A stretch of 55,806 bases of DNA from an uncultured virus (IMG/VR IMGVR_UViG_3300007512_001367). Lineage: Duplodnaviria > Heunggongvirae > Uroviricota > Caudoviricetes. Under the pieces are notes generated by a model. The model was given only the letters and a program-made list of their open reading frames with translations, was not told the origin of the DNA and made no database searches. The position numbers and the translations under genes were made by a program. Of the stretch, positions 29,041 through 38,784 are shown in pieces. Location: the IMG/VR virus record IMGVR_UViG_3300007512_001367, positions 62,001-117,806 of that record. One strand, written 5' to 3'. How positions within the stretch are numbered: the stretch's first letter is position 1; every line of letters starts with the position of its first letter.

Positions 29041-31536
29041 TTAAATTCCTTTGTTTCTAAATATAAGATATTTATCGCTTACTCTATCCACTGTAATTAT
29101 AGTACCGTTTGATGGTGCTGTGTTAAAAATTACAGTAGTTTTTATATTTGTTGTGTCATGGGTTAATGTAAGTTCATTTTCAAAGTCAGCTGATCTTAAT
29201 TGTGTATCTGCTGATAGATATGTAGGCGATGCATTATTGTCTGCTGTGACATTATCACCAACATATACAATAACACCATCTTTTTTTACTAAAATATCTT
29301 CATCGTGTACAATTTCTCCTAAATCAAAGCTACTAGAAGAGCCATCGGCTATAAATGAATTTATGGTAATTTTACTTTTAGAAATTTGATATCTATCAAC
29401 AATAAAATGTATGTTTTTAAAATTTATATTTTTATCTGTAATTCTTTTTTTGATTAATGCTGATATACCTGGCATACAATAACAAATTGGTACTGCTTTT
29501 ACATATCCTAACGGAACGCCAGAAGATGTTTGTGCTGTTCTCATCCAAAGTGGTAAATGTGTCCATTCTTTATGTCCTAATGATTTCATTCTGCTTCTCA
29601 TATTTGCCACAGCATTTGGATATAAAGTTGACATATAATCTAAGTCTGCTGATAATTGATTTGCATATCGTACTTTAGAACCCGATGTTGAAAATGCTAA
29701 TCCATTATTTGTTGTAATTTCGTATTCATTCATATCAGTAGTTGCTTCTGTTGTAGATGCTCGAGGACCTAACATAGGTTTTGCTACTACATCTCTTAAT
29801 GTAACTGATGATGCTATTGATTCTCCGGAATTGTTTTCTAATGGATCTTTAATATCAAGATATACAACCTCATATATAACTTTTCCATCTTCTTTTGCCA
29901 CAGCAGTTTTTAAATCTCCAAAATATAAAGTTTTTGGTGCATGATTTTGTTCCATTTGTTGTTGGAACGCCGTTAATGTTTGTGCTTGTAGTCCAGCCAT
30001 TAATAACATTGACGGAGATTGTTTCATTCCAAAATTTGTATCCTCTGGTCTATAGATATACGCAGGTGAGTTAATACTTGGATCTTGTGCTATTGCATAA
30101 AAAAGATTTTGATCAACAAATGATGTAGAATGTCCAGTCATGTTACCGTATTCGATAGTAGTAAATGGAATATTAATGTTTAATGTAAATTCTTTTGATG
30201 TTGCTTGTGATTGATATTGATCACTAACCGTTACTGTAAATGTATATGTTATTGTTGAATCTGTAAAGTTGTTTTGATCTATTGTACCAATTAAATTTCC
30301 TTGTTCTGAAAGTGTTATACCTGTTGGCAATGATCCTGATGTAACTGTATAAGATAATACTCTATCAGTTTTGTCACTTATTGCTCTAACCGATAATATG
30401 CTAGGAATATCTGCTGTAAGAGTTCCAATATTAGAAGGTGTGGTAAATGTAATACCGATATCAATTTCACCAACCACTTTCATTATAAAAATTTGATCGG
30501 TATACACATTTGTTCCTGTTGCAACAACTCTATTTGCTCTTATTGTAAATTGGTAGTTGGTTTCGGTAGCAACTTGTCTTGATAACGTTCCGTAAATTTC
30601 TCCACTGCTACTATCAACTGATAATCCTGATGGTAATGAACCCGATTGTATTGTATAAGTTAAATCTGCTAGTAACGGATCAACATCTTCAACATCAATT
30701 TTTATAACTACTGCGTTATCATGTCTAAATGTACCAAGGTCAGATGCTGTTTTAAATATTGGTCTTCTATGTGCTGAAAAATCAACGGAAAGTGTTGCTC
30801 CTCCGATAGTATTCATGTCTGCTCGAATTTCTGTATTTGATACTCTCCAATAATCTGCTGTATAAACAAATATTGAATTATTTTGTTCTACATAAGAAGC
30901 ACCATCAGTAACTCTTATAATAAAATCATAATTTACTGATCTAGATTTTGAAAATAATGTTCTGTCATAAACATAATCATCATAATCTTCTGCATATCCA
31001 CCTTGTGGTCCATATCTTTCGTCGTCTGTTAATTCTACGACGCCAGATATCAACCCAGTTTTAGTCATAGTAACTCCTGGCGGTAATGCACCTTGTATTA
31101 CTTCATAAACTAATTGTTGTCCTGCCGCTGTATCAGTATCAGTAGCCTGCATTTGAAAAGATATACTAGAACCATCCATTACCCAGTATAAACCAACCGA
31201 TGTAGAGTCATCTAATTGTAATTGTCCTGTGGCAGTTGTAAATGTTGGTGCATCAGCACCTTTAATGTCTAATTTAAAAGTTCTATCTGTAATTTTTGTT
31301 CCGGCTGTGGCTCGCACAACGAATGTATATAAAGTTCGTTTGCTAACCTCAACCGGAGTTCCTTGCAGTAAACCTGTTGAAGTAAGTTCTAATCCATTTG
31401 GTAGGCTTCCTGCGATAATGGAGTAAGTGACAGCCGTAGAATCGGCAGTATTCGCTTCTAGTTGTAGCGAATATGATGCTAATTCATTAATAGCACCTAA
31501 TTTACCTGCTGTGGTTGTCCACACTGGTGTTGACAT
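29041..31536 (-). CDS. Large virion protein with tandem Ig/cadherin-like (He_PIG) domains, probable baseplate wedge
   Basis: Four repeats of Y.I..GSLP.GL.L...G.I.GT...Y.FT(V/I)RA. Confidence 0.75.
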   Translation of the reverse strand: MSTPVWTTTAGKLGAINELASYSLQLEANTADSTAVTYSIIAGSLPNGLELTSTGLLQGTPVEVSKRTLYTFVVRATAGTKITDRTFKLDIKGADAPTFTTATGQLQLDDSTSVGLYWVMDGSSISFQMQATDTDTAAGQQLVYEVIQGALPPGVTMTKTGLISGVVELTDDERYGPQGGYAEDYDDYVYDRTLFSKSRSVNYDFIIRVTDGASYVEQNNSIFVYTADYWRVSNTEIRADMNTIGGATLSVDFSAHRRPIFKTASDLGTFRHDNAVVIKIDVEDVDPLLADLTYTIQSGSLPSGLSVDSSSGEIYGTLSRQVATETNYQFTIRANRVVATGTNVYTDQIFIMKVVGEIDIGITFTTPSNIGTLTADIPSILSVRAISDKTDRVLSYTVTSGSLPTGITLSEQGNLIGTIDQNNFTDSTITYTFTVTVSDQYQSQATSKEFTLNINIPFTTIEYGNMTGHSTSFVDQNLFYAIAQDPSINSPAYIYRPEDTNFGMKQSPSMLLMAGLQAQTLTAFQQQMEQNHAPKTLYFGDLKTAVAKEDGKVIYEVVYLDIKDPLENNSGESIASSVTLRDVVAKPMLGPRASTTEATTDMNEYEITTNNGLAFSTSGSKVRYANQLSADLDYMSTLYPNAVANMRSRMKSLGHKEWTHLPLWMRTAQTSSGVPLGYVKAVPICYCMPGISALIKKRITDKNINFKNIHFIVDRYQISKSKITINSFIADGSSSSFDLGEIVHDEDILVKKDGVIVYVGDNVTADNNASPTYLSADTQLRSADFENELTLTHDTTNIKTTVIFNTAPSNGTIITVDRVSDKYLIFRNKGI

Positions 31537-31582
31537 TAAAACTTACTCCTTCACCAGTATTTATTGAGTTTTAGCTATGTTA

Positions 31583-33202
31583 TTATGCTTGATCCCAGAA
31601 TGGTATAACTCTTAATGTACCACCTATTTTGATTTTAACATATCCAGTTGGTGCACCTGGAAGAGCACTTGCTCCACCTGCCGAACCTACTGTTGATTGT
31701 GTATCAGTTAATATATCAAGATATCCTGTACCGTCTGTATCAAGTTTTAAGTCAGCATTTGATACATGAGTTGTGATTGTGTTGTCTGTTATTGAAATTT
31801 GATCTAAAACTACAGAACCAGTACCATTTGCTTCAAGAACAAGATCTTGGTTTGTGCTCAATGGTTGGATTTTACCACCACCGGCAATGAATATATCAGA
31901 ATTAATAGTTAGTGATAAAACGTCTAGTCGTCCTGTCACTGAAGCCGAATCACCATTTATCATTACTGTCCCAGTACCGTTTGGTTGAAGTACAATACCA
32001 CCATTTGAACTAGTTGCAGTAATTGTGTTTCCATTAATAGTAAGATTATCAATAGCCGCCGAACCATCAACAGTTAATACACCTGTTACAGTTTGGCCAA
32101 TTGTTGTCATTGCATTTTGTACATCAACAACTCCTGTACCATTTGCTGAAAATTCTAGATTAGCATTTGTGGCATTTGTTGTAATTTTGTTATCTTTAAT
32201 TCGTACCCAGTCAATATCTGATTGGCCTGTAACTGTATGTGTTCCAGTTGTTGCAATATCTGCCGTTGTAAGTGTTCCTGTTACACCTAAAGAAGTACTA
32301 AATGTTCCTGCTCCTGTAACTGCAAGTGTGCTACCATCAAAAGTTAAGTTTGCTTCACCTTGAAATGTATTTGCACCTGTTACAGTTGTGACAGTATTGT
32401 TAGTTGAACCTGTTTGAACTGCTTTTGTGTCTGCATATGCTTTGATTGATTGTTGTGTAGCTAATTGTGTAGCCGAATCAGTTCCCATAGCATCTTCATC
32501 AAGTACACCTGTTACAGTTGCACCTGTTGCCAATGTTAAACTTGTTGCCGCAGTTAAGGCTCCAGTAATATCTACTGCTTCTGCTAGTGTAATTTTTGTT
32601 GAGTCATCTGAATTTATTGTTGTACCACGTATTTTTAATGCATCAACAAAAATTGAGCCAGTACCTTGAGATGCTAATAATAAATCTGCGTTTGTGAGAT
32701 CTGCAGAAATTGTATGATCATGAATAGTAATACCCTCTACAATAACACTACCTCCACCCATTGATGTAATAGTAATGTCACCATTTGTAACTGTACTTGT
32801 TAATGTAGTTCCGTCAATTTGTAATTGGTCTGCTTCAAATACACCAGTTACTTTAACTTGGTCACCTGCCGCATTACCTAAATTAATATTTCCATTTGCA
32901 ACTATATCACCTGTTGCTGTTAAATTTCCTGTAACATTAGTATTTCCTTCAAGTTCTACTGTACCTGTTCCGTTAGGAATAACTCTAATGTTTTCGTTTG
33001 ATCTAGCTGAAGTTATATTCCAGCCATTGATATCTAAGTTACCACCTAATTGTGGTGAAGTATCTTCTAATAAATCGTTTGCTTCAGCAGTACTGCCGTA
33101 TAATTCTGTAAAATTTGCATTAATTTTTGTAAATGCTGTTCTTAATGGATCACCGGTGCCGTCATTTGCTGATGAACCTATGCTAACTGTTTGTTGTGCC
33201 AT
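31583..33202 (-). CDS. Tail fibre/baseplate-attached protein
   Basis: NDGTGDPLRTAFTKINANFTELY (T4 gp9/gp10-type N-terminus), PQLGGNLD, repeated N.D(L/I).L..NGTG units. Confidence 0.8.
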   Translation of the reverse strand: MAQQTVSIGSSANDGTGDPLRTAFTKINANFTELYGSTAEANDLLEDTSPQLGGNLDINGWNITSARSNENIRVIPNGTGTVELEGNTNVTGNLTATGDIVANGNINLGNAAGDQVKVTGVFEADQLQIDGTTLTSTVTNGDITITSMGGGSVIVEGITIHDHTISADLTNADLLLASQGTGSIFVDALKIRGTTINSDDSTKITLAEAVDITGALTAATSLTLATGATVTGVLDEDAMGTDSATQLATQQSIKAYADTKAVQTGSTNNTVTTVTGANTFQGEANLTFDGSTLAVTGAGTFSTSLGVTGTLTTADIATTGTHTVTGQSDIDWVRIKDNKITTNATNANLEFSANGTGVVDVQNAMTTIGQTVTGVLTVDGSAAIDNLTINGNTITATSSNGGIVLQPNGTGTVMINGDSASVTGRLDVLSLTINSDIFIAGGGKIQPLSTNQDLVLEANGTGSVVLDQISITDNTITTHVSNADLKLDTDGTGYLDILTDTQSTVGSAGGASALPGAPTGYVKIKIGGTLRVIPFWDQA

Positions 33203-33258
33203 GTTTTAAATCTCCTAATATGATTATTTATTAGAAATTCTATAAACCGAACGTAAAT

Positions 33259-34224
33259 TTATATAGCAAGAATTGTTCTAAAGAATTTATAGGTAGTAGA
33301 ACTACCAGCCGCATTTGTGACTAATATTCTAACAGATCCACTGTTTACATCTGCTGTAAATGTTGCAAGATCTGTTGTAGTACTGCCTGCTCTGCCATAT
33401 ACTGATATGTAAGGAGTTGAACCGTCGTGTGTTACTATTATTTCTACTGTTTCGTATCTAGAATTTGTTGTGTCAGTGACTGAAACAACATATTTTGCAC
33501 CTCGATAAGTTGCCGCTACAAAAGAATCTATAGCAGTAGCGGCTGATGAAGTCACAGTAACAGAACCTGAACTTATATAAGCATTTGACATTATTCGAAT
33601 AAGTCCAGTACCTTGTGTATCTAATTTTAAGTGATTATTTGTAACTACGTTTTGTAAAGTATCTGTTACTATTTCTAAATTTCCAAAATTGTTTGCTCGA
33701 CCATCAACATAATCTTTTGTAGCAACATCTGTAGCTTGAGTTGGTGTTCCAACACCGCTTAAAATTTCACCACCGAAAGATATAGTTGTAGAATCTGTAG
33801 AAGTAATAACATTACCTGAAATATTAATTGAACCTAGTGTAATATTAGATTCTGCAAAGTTAATTGCTGAAGAATCATCTGAACTAATAGTTGTACCGTT
33901 AATTCTTAATGCACCAACCACAATATGTCCTGTACCAGATGCAGAAATTACTAAATTTTCATTTGATCTTGTTCCAGTTATAGCATTATCATCGATAGTA
34001 ATGGCAGGTAAAACAATTGCACCTGTACCTGAAGGTTCTAATACTAAATCAGCATTAGTGGCATTTGCATTAATTTTATTTCCTGAAATAGTAATTTGTG
34101 AAGCGAGGGTAGATGAATCATATAACTCTGTAAAGTTAGAATTGATGTAGATCATTGCTGTTCTTAGATCATCACCAGTTCCATCATTTGCATTAGTACC
34201 TGTATTAATTGTGTATTTTGCCAT
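33259..34224 (-). CDS. Tail fibre/baseplate-attached protein
   Basis: NDGTGDDLRTAM..INSNFTELY, DVATKDYVD, YRGAKY C-terminal domain. Confidence 0.8.
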   Translation of the reverse strand: MAKYTINTGTNANDGTGDDLRTAMIYINSNFTELYDSSTLASQITISGNKINANATNADLVLEPSGTGAIVLPAITIDDNAITGTRSNENLVISASGTGHIVVGALRINGTTISSDDSSAINFAESNITLGSINISGNVITSTDSTTISFGGEILSGVGTPTQATDVATKDYVDGRANNFGNLEIVTDTLQNVVTNNHLKLDTQGTGLIRIMSNAYISSGSVTVTSSAATAIDSFVAATYRGAKYVVSVTDTTNSRYETVEIIVTHDGSTPYISVYGRAGSTTTDLATFTADVNSGSVRILVTNAAGSSTTYKFFRTILAI

Positions 34225-34230
34225 GATCTA

Positions 34231-35082
34231 TTATCCTGTGCTAATTTTTACGTCGTTACCACTTCTCCAAAGTCTTCCTGCTACTGCCGGATCTGAAGTT
34301 GGAAGTGCTGTAAAGTCTATTTGGGCACCAGTTGCCGCAAAATGTCCTGTTACCTTTGCTCCGCCAAGTGTAACTCTGAATTTTTCTGCTAAACTTCCAT
34401 CCATGTTTTGGAAAACTATTTCTTTGTTAGTTCCATTGTTTCCATCCATAAAAATTTTGGCTCTTACGTTACCGCCATTACTTTGGAAATCTATACCAGG
34501 TGTGTTATTGTCGTTAGTTCTTTGGAGTGTTATGGTTGCAGTGGCTTGTTTAATGTGTAATGAAGTGTCGGGTGAACTTACTGCGCCTATACCCACTTGA
34601 CCACCTGCTTTTAACAAAATGTCACCTGAGCCATTATTCTCTAATATAATGTTTCCGTTGGCGCCATCAACAATCTCTATGAAACTTGAACTTGTTCCAC
34701 TGTTTGTATCAATTTTTATATTTTGTGCACCATTAGATGTAATATTGCCTGCCGCTGATCCTGTGCCAACTAGAAAAGGTCCAGATACTACAATACTACC
34801 CGTGCCATTTGGTGCAAGTGTTAAGTCGGCGTTTGTGTCCATGGAGGTAATTGTTGTGTTGTTTATTGATAGTCTGTCTATCTCAACTATACCCGTTCCA
34901 TTGGCTTGTATTTTTACATCACCGTTTGTTGCGTTATTTGTGAATAATCCACCCAAACTAGACCCGGCTAAATCATCGTAGACCTCCACGAAATTCGCGT
35001 TGATCTTTGACATAGCGGTACGTAAAGTATCGCCTGTAGCTCTATTTCCTTCTGTTCCTGTGTCTATTATTAATCTAGCCAT
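34231..35082 (-). CDS. Tail fibre/baseplate-attached protein
   Basis: TGDTLRTAMSKINANFVEVY, VGIG..SP...LHI, LPTSDP.VAG.LW. Confidence 0.8.
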   Translation of the reverse strand: MARLIIDTGTEGNRATGDTLRTAMSKINANFVEVYDDLAGSSLGGLFTNNATNGDVKIQANGTGIVEIDRLSINNTTITSMDTNADLTLAPNGTGSIVVSGPFLVGTGSAAGNITSNGAQNIKIDTNSGTSSSFIEIVDGANGNIILENNGSGDILLKAGGQVGIGAVSSPDTSLHIKQATATITLQRTNDNNTPGIDFQSNGGNVRAKIFMDGNNGTNKEIVFQNMDGSLAEKFRVTLGGAKVTGHFAATGAQIDFTALPTSDPAVAGRLWRSGNDVKISTG

Positions 35083-35096
35083 ATTATGTTTATACG

Positions 35097-35109
35097 TATT
35101 TATTAAATA
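35097..35109. promoter_or_regulatory. Back-to-back late-type TAAATA promoters
   Basis: TATTTA-T-TAAATA between divergent genes 34231..35082 (-) and 35115..35393 (+). Confidence 0.7.
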
Positions 35110-35114
35110 GTTAT

Positions 35115-35393
35115 ATGTTCATAGAAACCTTAAGAACAATGAGATTATACGAACGTCAATCTAAACTGGGTATGTACCACACCTTTCACCGTAAAAATAC
35201 CATCTATTATTTTAAATGTGATTCATGTGGAGTATCATTTTTAAGACCTAGATCGCAAGTAGATCCAGAAAGAGCATCAAATGATTATAAACACGTTTGT
35301 TCGTATTGTGATACTAAAAAGTTTGCTCAAAAAGTGGGTCTTAAGATGCGTAAAATTTATCAGTTAGATGCTAGTTCGACAAAAACGTTATAA
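35115..35393 (+). CDS. Small zinc-binding hypothetical protein
   Basis: CDSC...CSYC; occupies a gap with its own TAAATA-N5-ATG. Confidence 0.75.
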   Translation: MFIETLRTMRLYERQSKLGMYHTFHRKNTIYYFKCDSCGVSFLRPRSQVDPERASNDYKHVCSYCDTKKFAQKVGLKMRKIYQLDASSTKTL

Positions 35394-36128
35394 TTTCATC
35401 CATTGAATATCATCACGCAAACCATCTACCCATCTTCGTAAGTCAGCATAAATTCCAACCTTAATATTAGGTTGATCAAAGTAATGTCTTAAAAAATGAT
35501 TACCTTCGATGTACTCTCTACGATTAATGAAATGAAAATTAGTATTAGGAAACTGTCTAATAATTTGTCTTAATTGATACATCCATTCATATTTGAGATA
35601 TGCTTTCATACTCATTCTATAACTATAATTTAAAGTATTTTTGTATATATTATTTTGTTCTCTGCTAGGAGAATCCATTTCCCATTGACGAGCACCTAGT
35701 ATGTCATAAGCAAGTATAATAATATTTTTAATTCCTGATTCAGTAGCTAATAATAAAGCAGACATTCCTGAACCTCGTTGTTGAGAAAAATCCATTGTAC
35801 GAATTGTACCTTTTTTAATGTCACCACCTCTCCATATTCTATATATTTTTAAACCTTTGGGTACATCGCTTTCTTTGTCGTCTTTGCATATATAACTCCA
35901 TTTGCTAAGGTCATTTGGACCATATATTTTTAAATTTGGATTTGTTTCATCGTACCATTGCTTTAATTCTGCAAACATATCTTTGTCAGCGGCTATTATG
36001 TGATCACAGAGATTAGGATGATCTCTGTATATGGCATTACATCCGTATATAATACCTTTATTTTTTAAATCTTCAATTGGAAATATATTTCGTGACTCGC
36101 CATTACCTATTATAAATGCTGTGTCCAT
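35388..36128 (-). CDS. Rossmann-like MAF/MptE- or sialyltransferase-like protein
   Basis: IIGNGESR, YGCNAIYRD, SGMSA, ILAYD. Confidence 0.6.
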   Translation of the reverse strand: MDTAFIIGNGESRNIFPIEDLKNKGIIYGCNAIYRDHPNLCDHIIAADKDMFAELKQWYDETNPNLKIYGPNDLSKWSYICKDDKESDVPKGLKIYRIWRGGDIKKGTIRTMDFSQQRGSGMSALLLATESGIKNIIILAYDILGARQWEMDSPSREQNNIYKNTLNYSYRMSMKAYLKYEWMYQLRQIIRQFPNTNFHFINRREYIEGNHFLRHYFDQPNIKVGIYADLRRWVDGLRDDIQWMKL

Positions 36129-36673
36129 AAATTTTGTAATTTTGTAAGATATTTGTTCTTTACGGCTTGTTTTGATGAAGAATTTATTGCTTGTTTTGAA
36201 CCTACTAAATTGGCAAAAAATTGTCTAGCAGGATTTTCGTAATATAATTCCCATTTGCCTTGAAAAAATAAATGTTCGCTAACAACTTCTTCAGGTCCTT
36301 GGTTATTGTAATGATATTTTGGTTTTTGTTTTCCTGTAAAAATGTAAGTCCTAATATTCACGCCGTCAATTTTAATTTCACAAATTTGTAATTTTTTATC
36401 ACTTATAATTTTACTATTTTTCACTTCTGTGTCTTTAGGTGATTTGTCGGTCATCTCAATACTAAGAATGTTCTCGGTTTGCAATTCATTTACTGTGAAT
36501 TCAATGATTTGTTCTTCTACAACCTTGTCATGAAAGTATGATTTGTCATTTACACAAATTTTAGTCATGGGATAGTCACGAGCACCCTTACTGCCTAAAA
36601 GTTTTAATTTTATGATAGTATGCTTACATCTGGTTGCGTCAATATATTTTCTAATGTAATATCCTTTTTCCAT
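36110..36673 (-). CDS. Hypothetical protein, paralog of 4671..5231 (start uncertain)
   Basis: Shared K.PK.T.V....I..D..L.I..I.ID block and G.W...Y/F..P. Confidence 0.6.
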   Translation of the reverse strand: MEKGYYIRKYIDATRCKHTIIKLKLLGSKGARDYPMTKICVNDKSYFHDKVVEEQIIEFTVNELQTENILSIEMTDKSPKDTEVKNSKIISDKKLQICEIKIDGVNIRTYIFTGKQKPKYHYNNQGPEEVVSEHLFFQGKWELYYENPARQFFANLVGSKQAINSSSKQAVKNKYLTKLQNLWTQHL

Positions 36674-38124
36674 AATAGATAGTTTTCGTGTCTTTTTAAT
36701 ATCAGTCCAAGTTCTCTGTCAGCACTTATAGTAGGCCATTTTAACATATCACATACCTCTTGTGCAACCATTCTTCTTCTTAATCTTTCTTCCCAATCTA
36801 AACTAGGAACAGCCATTGAAGTCCATCCCCAACTTGAATCTTGACTTTTATCACGCACAAAAATTTCATTTTCGTGCTTCGCCAACGGAATACCAGTATG
36901 AATTATAGCCATAGTGGCACCTAATGATGTTCCGTGTATTGTGCCTGAAGCAACATATTTTTGGTGGTCATAAAATAAATCAAGAGTTTCTTGAAAATTT
37001 TTTTCAGTTTCTGTTGGATAGCCTATAATCATTTGGTATGAACAAGTTATATCATGTAAGTCAAAATTTTCCATATATTCATCGAGGTCTTCTCTAGTAA
37101 CACCTTTTTTCATGTGTGCAAGTACATCATTTGATCCACTTTCAATACCTAGTGCTAAATTGTATGCACCACTGTCTCGTGTTAAAGGATAATATTCTTT
37201 ACTTAAATTTTTACTTTTTCTAACAATGCATTGTCCACCCCATGTAATTTTAGCATCTGTTTTATAGTTAAATTGTGCTAGAGCTTCAACCATTTGCATA
37301 TAAACTTTTAAGTTTCCGTTTATTAAACTATCAGTAAAGAAAAAATCTGTAATACCGTGTGTTTCATATGTACGTTGAATTTCGTAAACTATACTTTCAC
37401 TTGAACGCCATGTAAAAGAAGGCCAGTGTGTATTAATATCACAGAATGTACAGGCTCTTATACAGCCACGTGATCCTGTGATTTGAGCAACTTTTTTATC
37501 TTTGTAAAAAGTTTCATACCTACTCAAATCGTAATCTTCATAATCTGCAACGCCCAAACTACTTAAATCTTTTATTTGTTCTACTTTTCCGTTAATGCCT
37601 TTGAAACCGTAATTTCCTTTTAAAAGATTTTCCAGAGCTAATTCTCCTTCGCCAATTATGTAATAATCAATCTTATCACGGACACTGTCTATCCATTTTT
37701 CTTTAAGACCTGGGTGGCCAAGACCCATTCCGCCAATAAGCACTTTTGAATTGTGATTTTTTGCTTGTAATTTTTCTACAAGTATTTCACAGGCTTTTCT
37801 GCTGTCGACAGAAAAAACACTTAAGGCAATAAAACGTGGATTTAATTCTAGAAGTTTATCTACCCAACTGTTTATTAGTTTATCAATTCTGTCATGAAGA
37901 TTTTTTTCAAATTTTAGTATACCATGGTTTTCATGGAAAAAAGCAGAAGCTAAAGGTAACTCGTCACTGTCAAAAGTTTCTTTTACTGTGATGTTGAAGT
38001 CAAGTGTTCTTACTGTAAACCCTTTGCTTTCTAAATGTCCTTTTAAAACAGCCGGAGCCGCCGGTGGCAAGTAATATTCCATAAACGGTAAGGATGTAAT
38101 TACACAATCTAATCTTTTAGACAC
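36610..38124 (-). CDS. Cobalamin-binding-domain radical SAM enzyme
   Basis: LIGG, IGEGE, SRGCIRACTFC, FTDSLING, GIESGS, IIGYPTETE; start probably GTG 38124. Confidence 0.9.
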   Translation of the reverse strand: MSKRLDCVITSLPFMEYYLPPAAPAVLKGHLESKGFTVRTLDFNITVKETFDSDELPLASAFFHENHGILKFEKNLHDRIDKLINSWVDKLLELNPRFIALSVFSVDSRKACEILVEKLQAKNHNSKVLIGGMGLGHPGLKEKWIDSVRDKIDYYIIGEGELALENLLKGNYGFKGINGKVEQIKDLSSLGVADYEDYDLSRYETFYKDKKVAQITGSRGCIRACTFCDINTHWPSFTWRSSESIVYEIQRTYETHGITDFFFTDSLINGNLKVYMQMVEALAQFNYKTDAKITWGGQCIVRKSKNLSKEYYPLTRDSGAYNLALGIESGSNDVLAHMKKGVTREDLDEYMENFDLHDITCSYQMIIGYPTETEKNFQETLDLFYDHQKYVASGTIHGTSLGATMAIIHTGIPLAKHENEIFVRDKSQDSSWGWTSMAVPSLDWEERLRRRMVAQEVCDMLKWPTISADRELGLILKRHENYLLWKKDITLENILTQPDVSILS

Positions 38125-38449
38125 CAAAACTGTCTCCGCAACCACAACTTGATTTGGAGTTGGGATTGATAATTTCAAATTGAGAACCAAATACTTCTTC
38201 TTTCCAGTCTATTTTAGTACCTGCAATATAAAGCATACTTGCGTCATCAACAACAAATCGTCCTGTACCCCAATCTTCTACAACATCGTTTTCTTTAATT
38301 GAGTCTTTATCAGTAAATCCCCAATCATATTTGAAGCCAGCACAACCACCACCTAATATAGATAGGCTGACTGCGTATTTGTCAGGATTTTTAGATAATA
38401 ACCCTTCTATTTGACTTTTTGCTCTATCTGTTATATCAAACCATTTCAT
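38117..38449 (-). CDS. iscA: A-type Fe-S carrier (IscA/HesB)
   Basis: GGGCAGFKY and NPN...SCGCGDSF. Confidence 0.95.
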   Translation of the reverse strand: MKWFDITDRAKSQIEGLLSKNPDKYAVSLSILGGGCAGFKYDWGFTDKDSIKENDVVEDWGTGRFVVDDASMLYIAGTKIDWKEEVFGSQFEIINPNSKSSCGCGDSFGV

Positions 38450-38457
38450 ATCAATAC

Positions 38458-38784
38458 TTATCTGCTATGGTCTCCCATATTAGCAACTCCGATTGCTAAA
38501 AAGAATGCCATAGCTTCTCGTCTATCTTCAAAACTCATATAGCTGTCTTGTTCTTCCCAATTATGATCCCATGGGTTTGCTCCAGGAGGTCCTTTGAACC
38601 ACCAACCCCATTTACTTTTACAATGTTTTTGGCACCATTCAATACAATCTCCAGCAATCCCGTTAGAATTCATGTCTACATCAAATTTGAATCTTTTATC
38701 ATAACCACAATCTTCGGGAATCTCATCTAATGGTTTCATACTTTTAATTTTAACTTTTCCAAATTTTTTATTTCTCATTACCAA
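38458..38784 (-). CDS. Hypothetical phage protein
   Basis: Co-oriented ORF, WC..HC..KWGWWF. Confidence 0.6.
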   Translation of the reverse strand: MVMRNKKFGKVKIKSMKPLDEIPEDCGYDKRFKFDVDMNSNGIAGDCIEWCQKHCKSKWGWWFKGPPGANPWDHNWEEQDSYMSFEDRREAMAFFLAIGVANMGDHSR

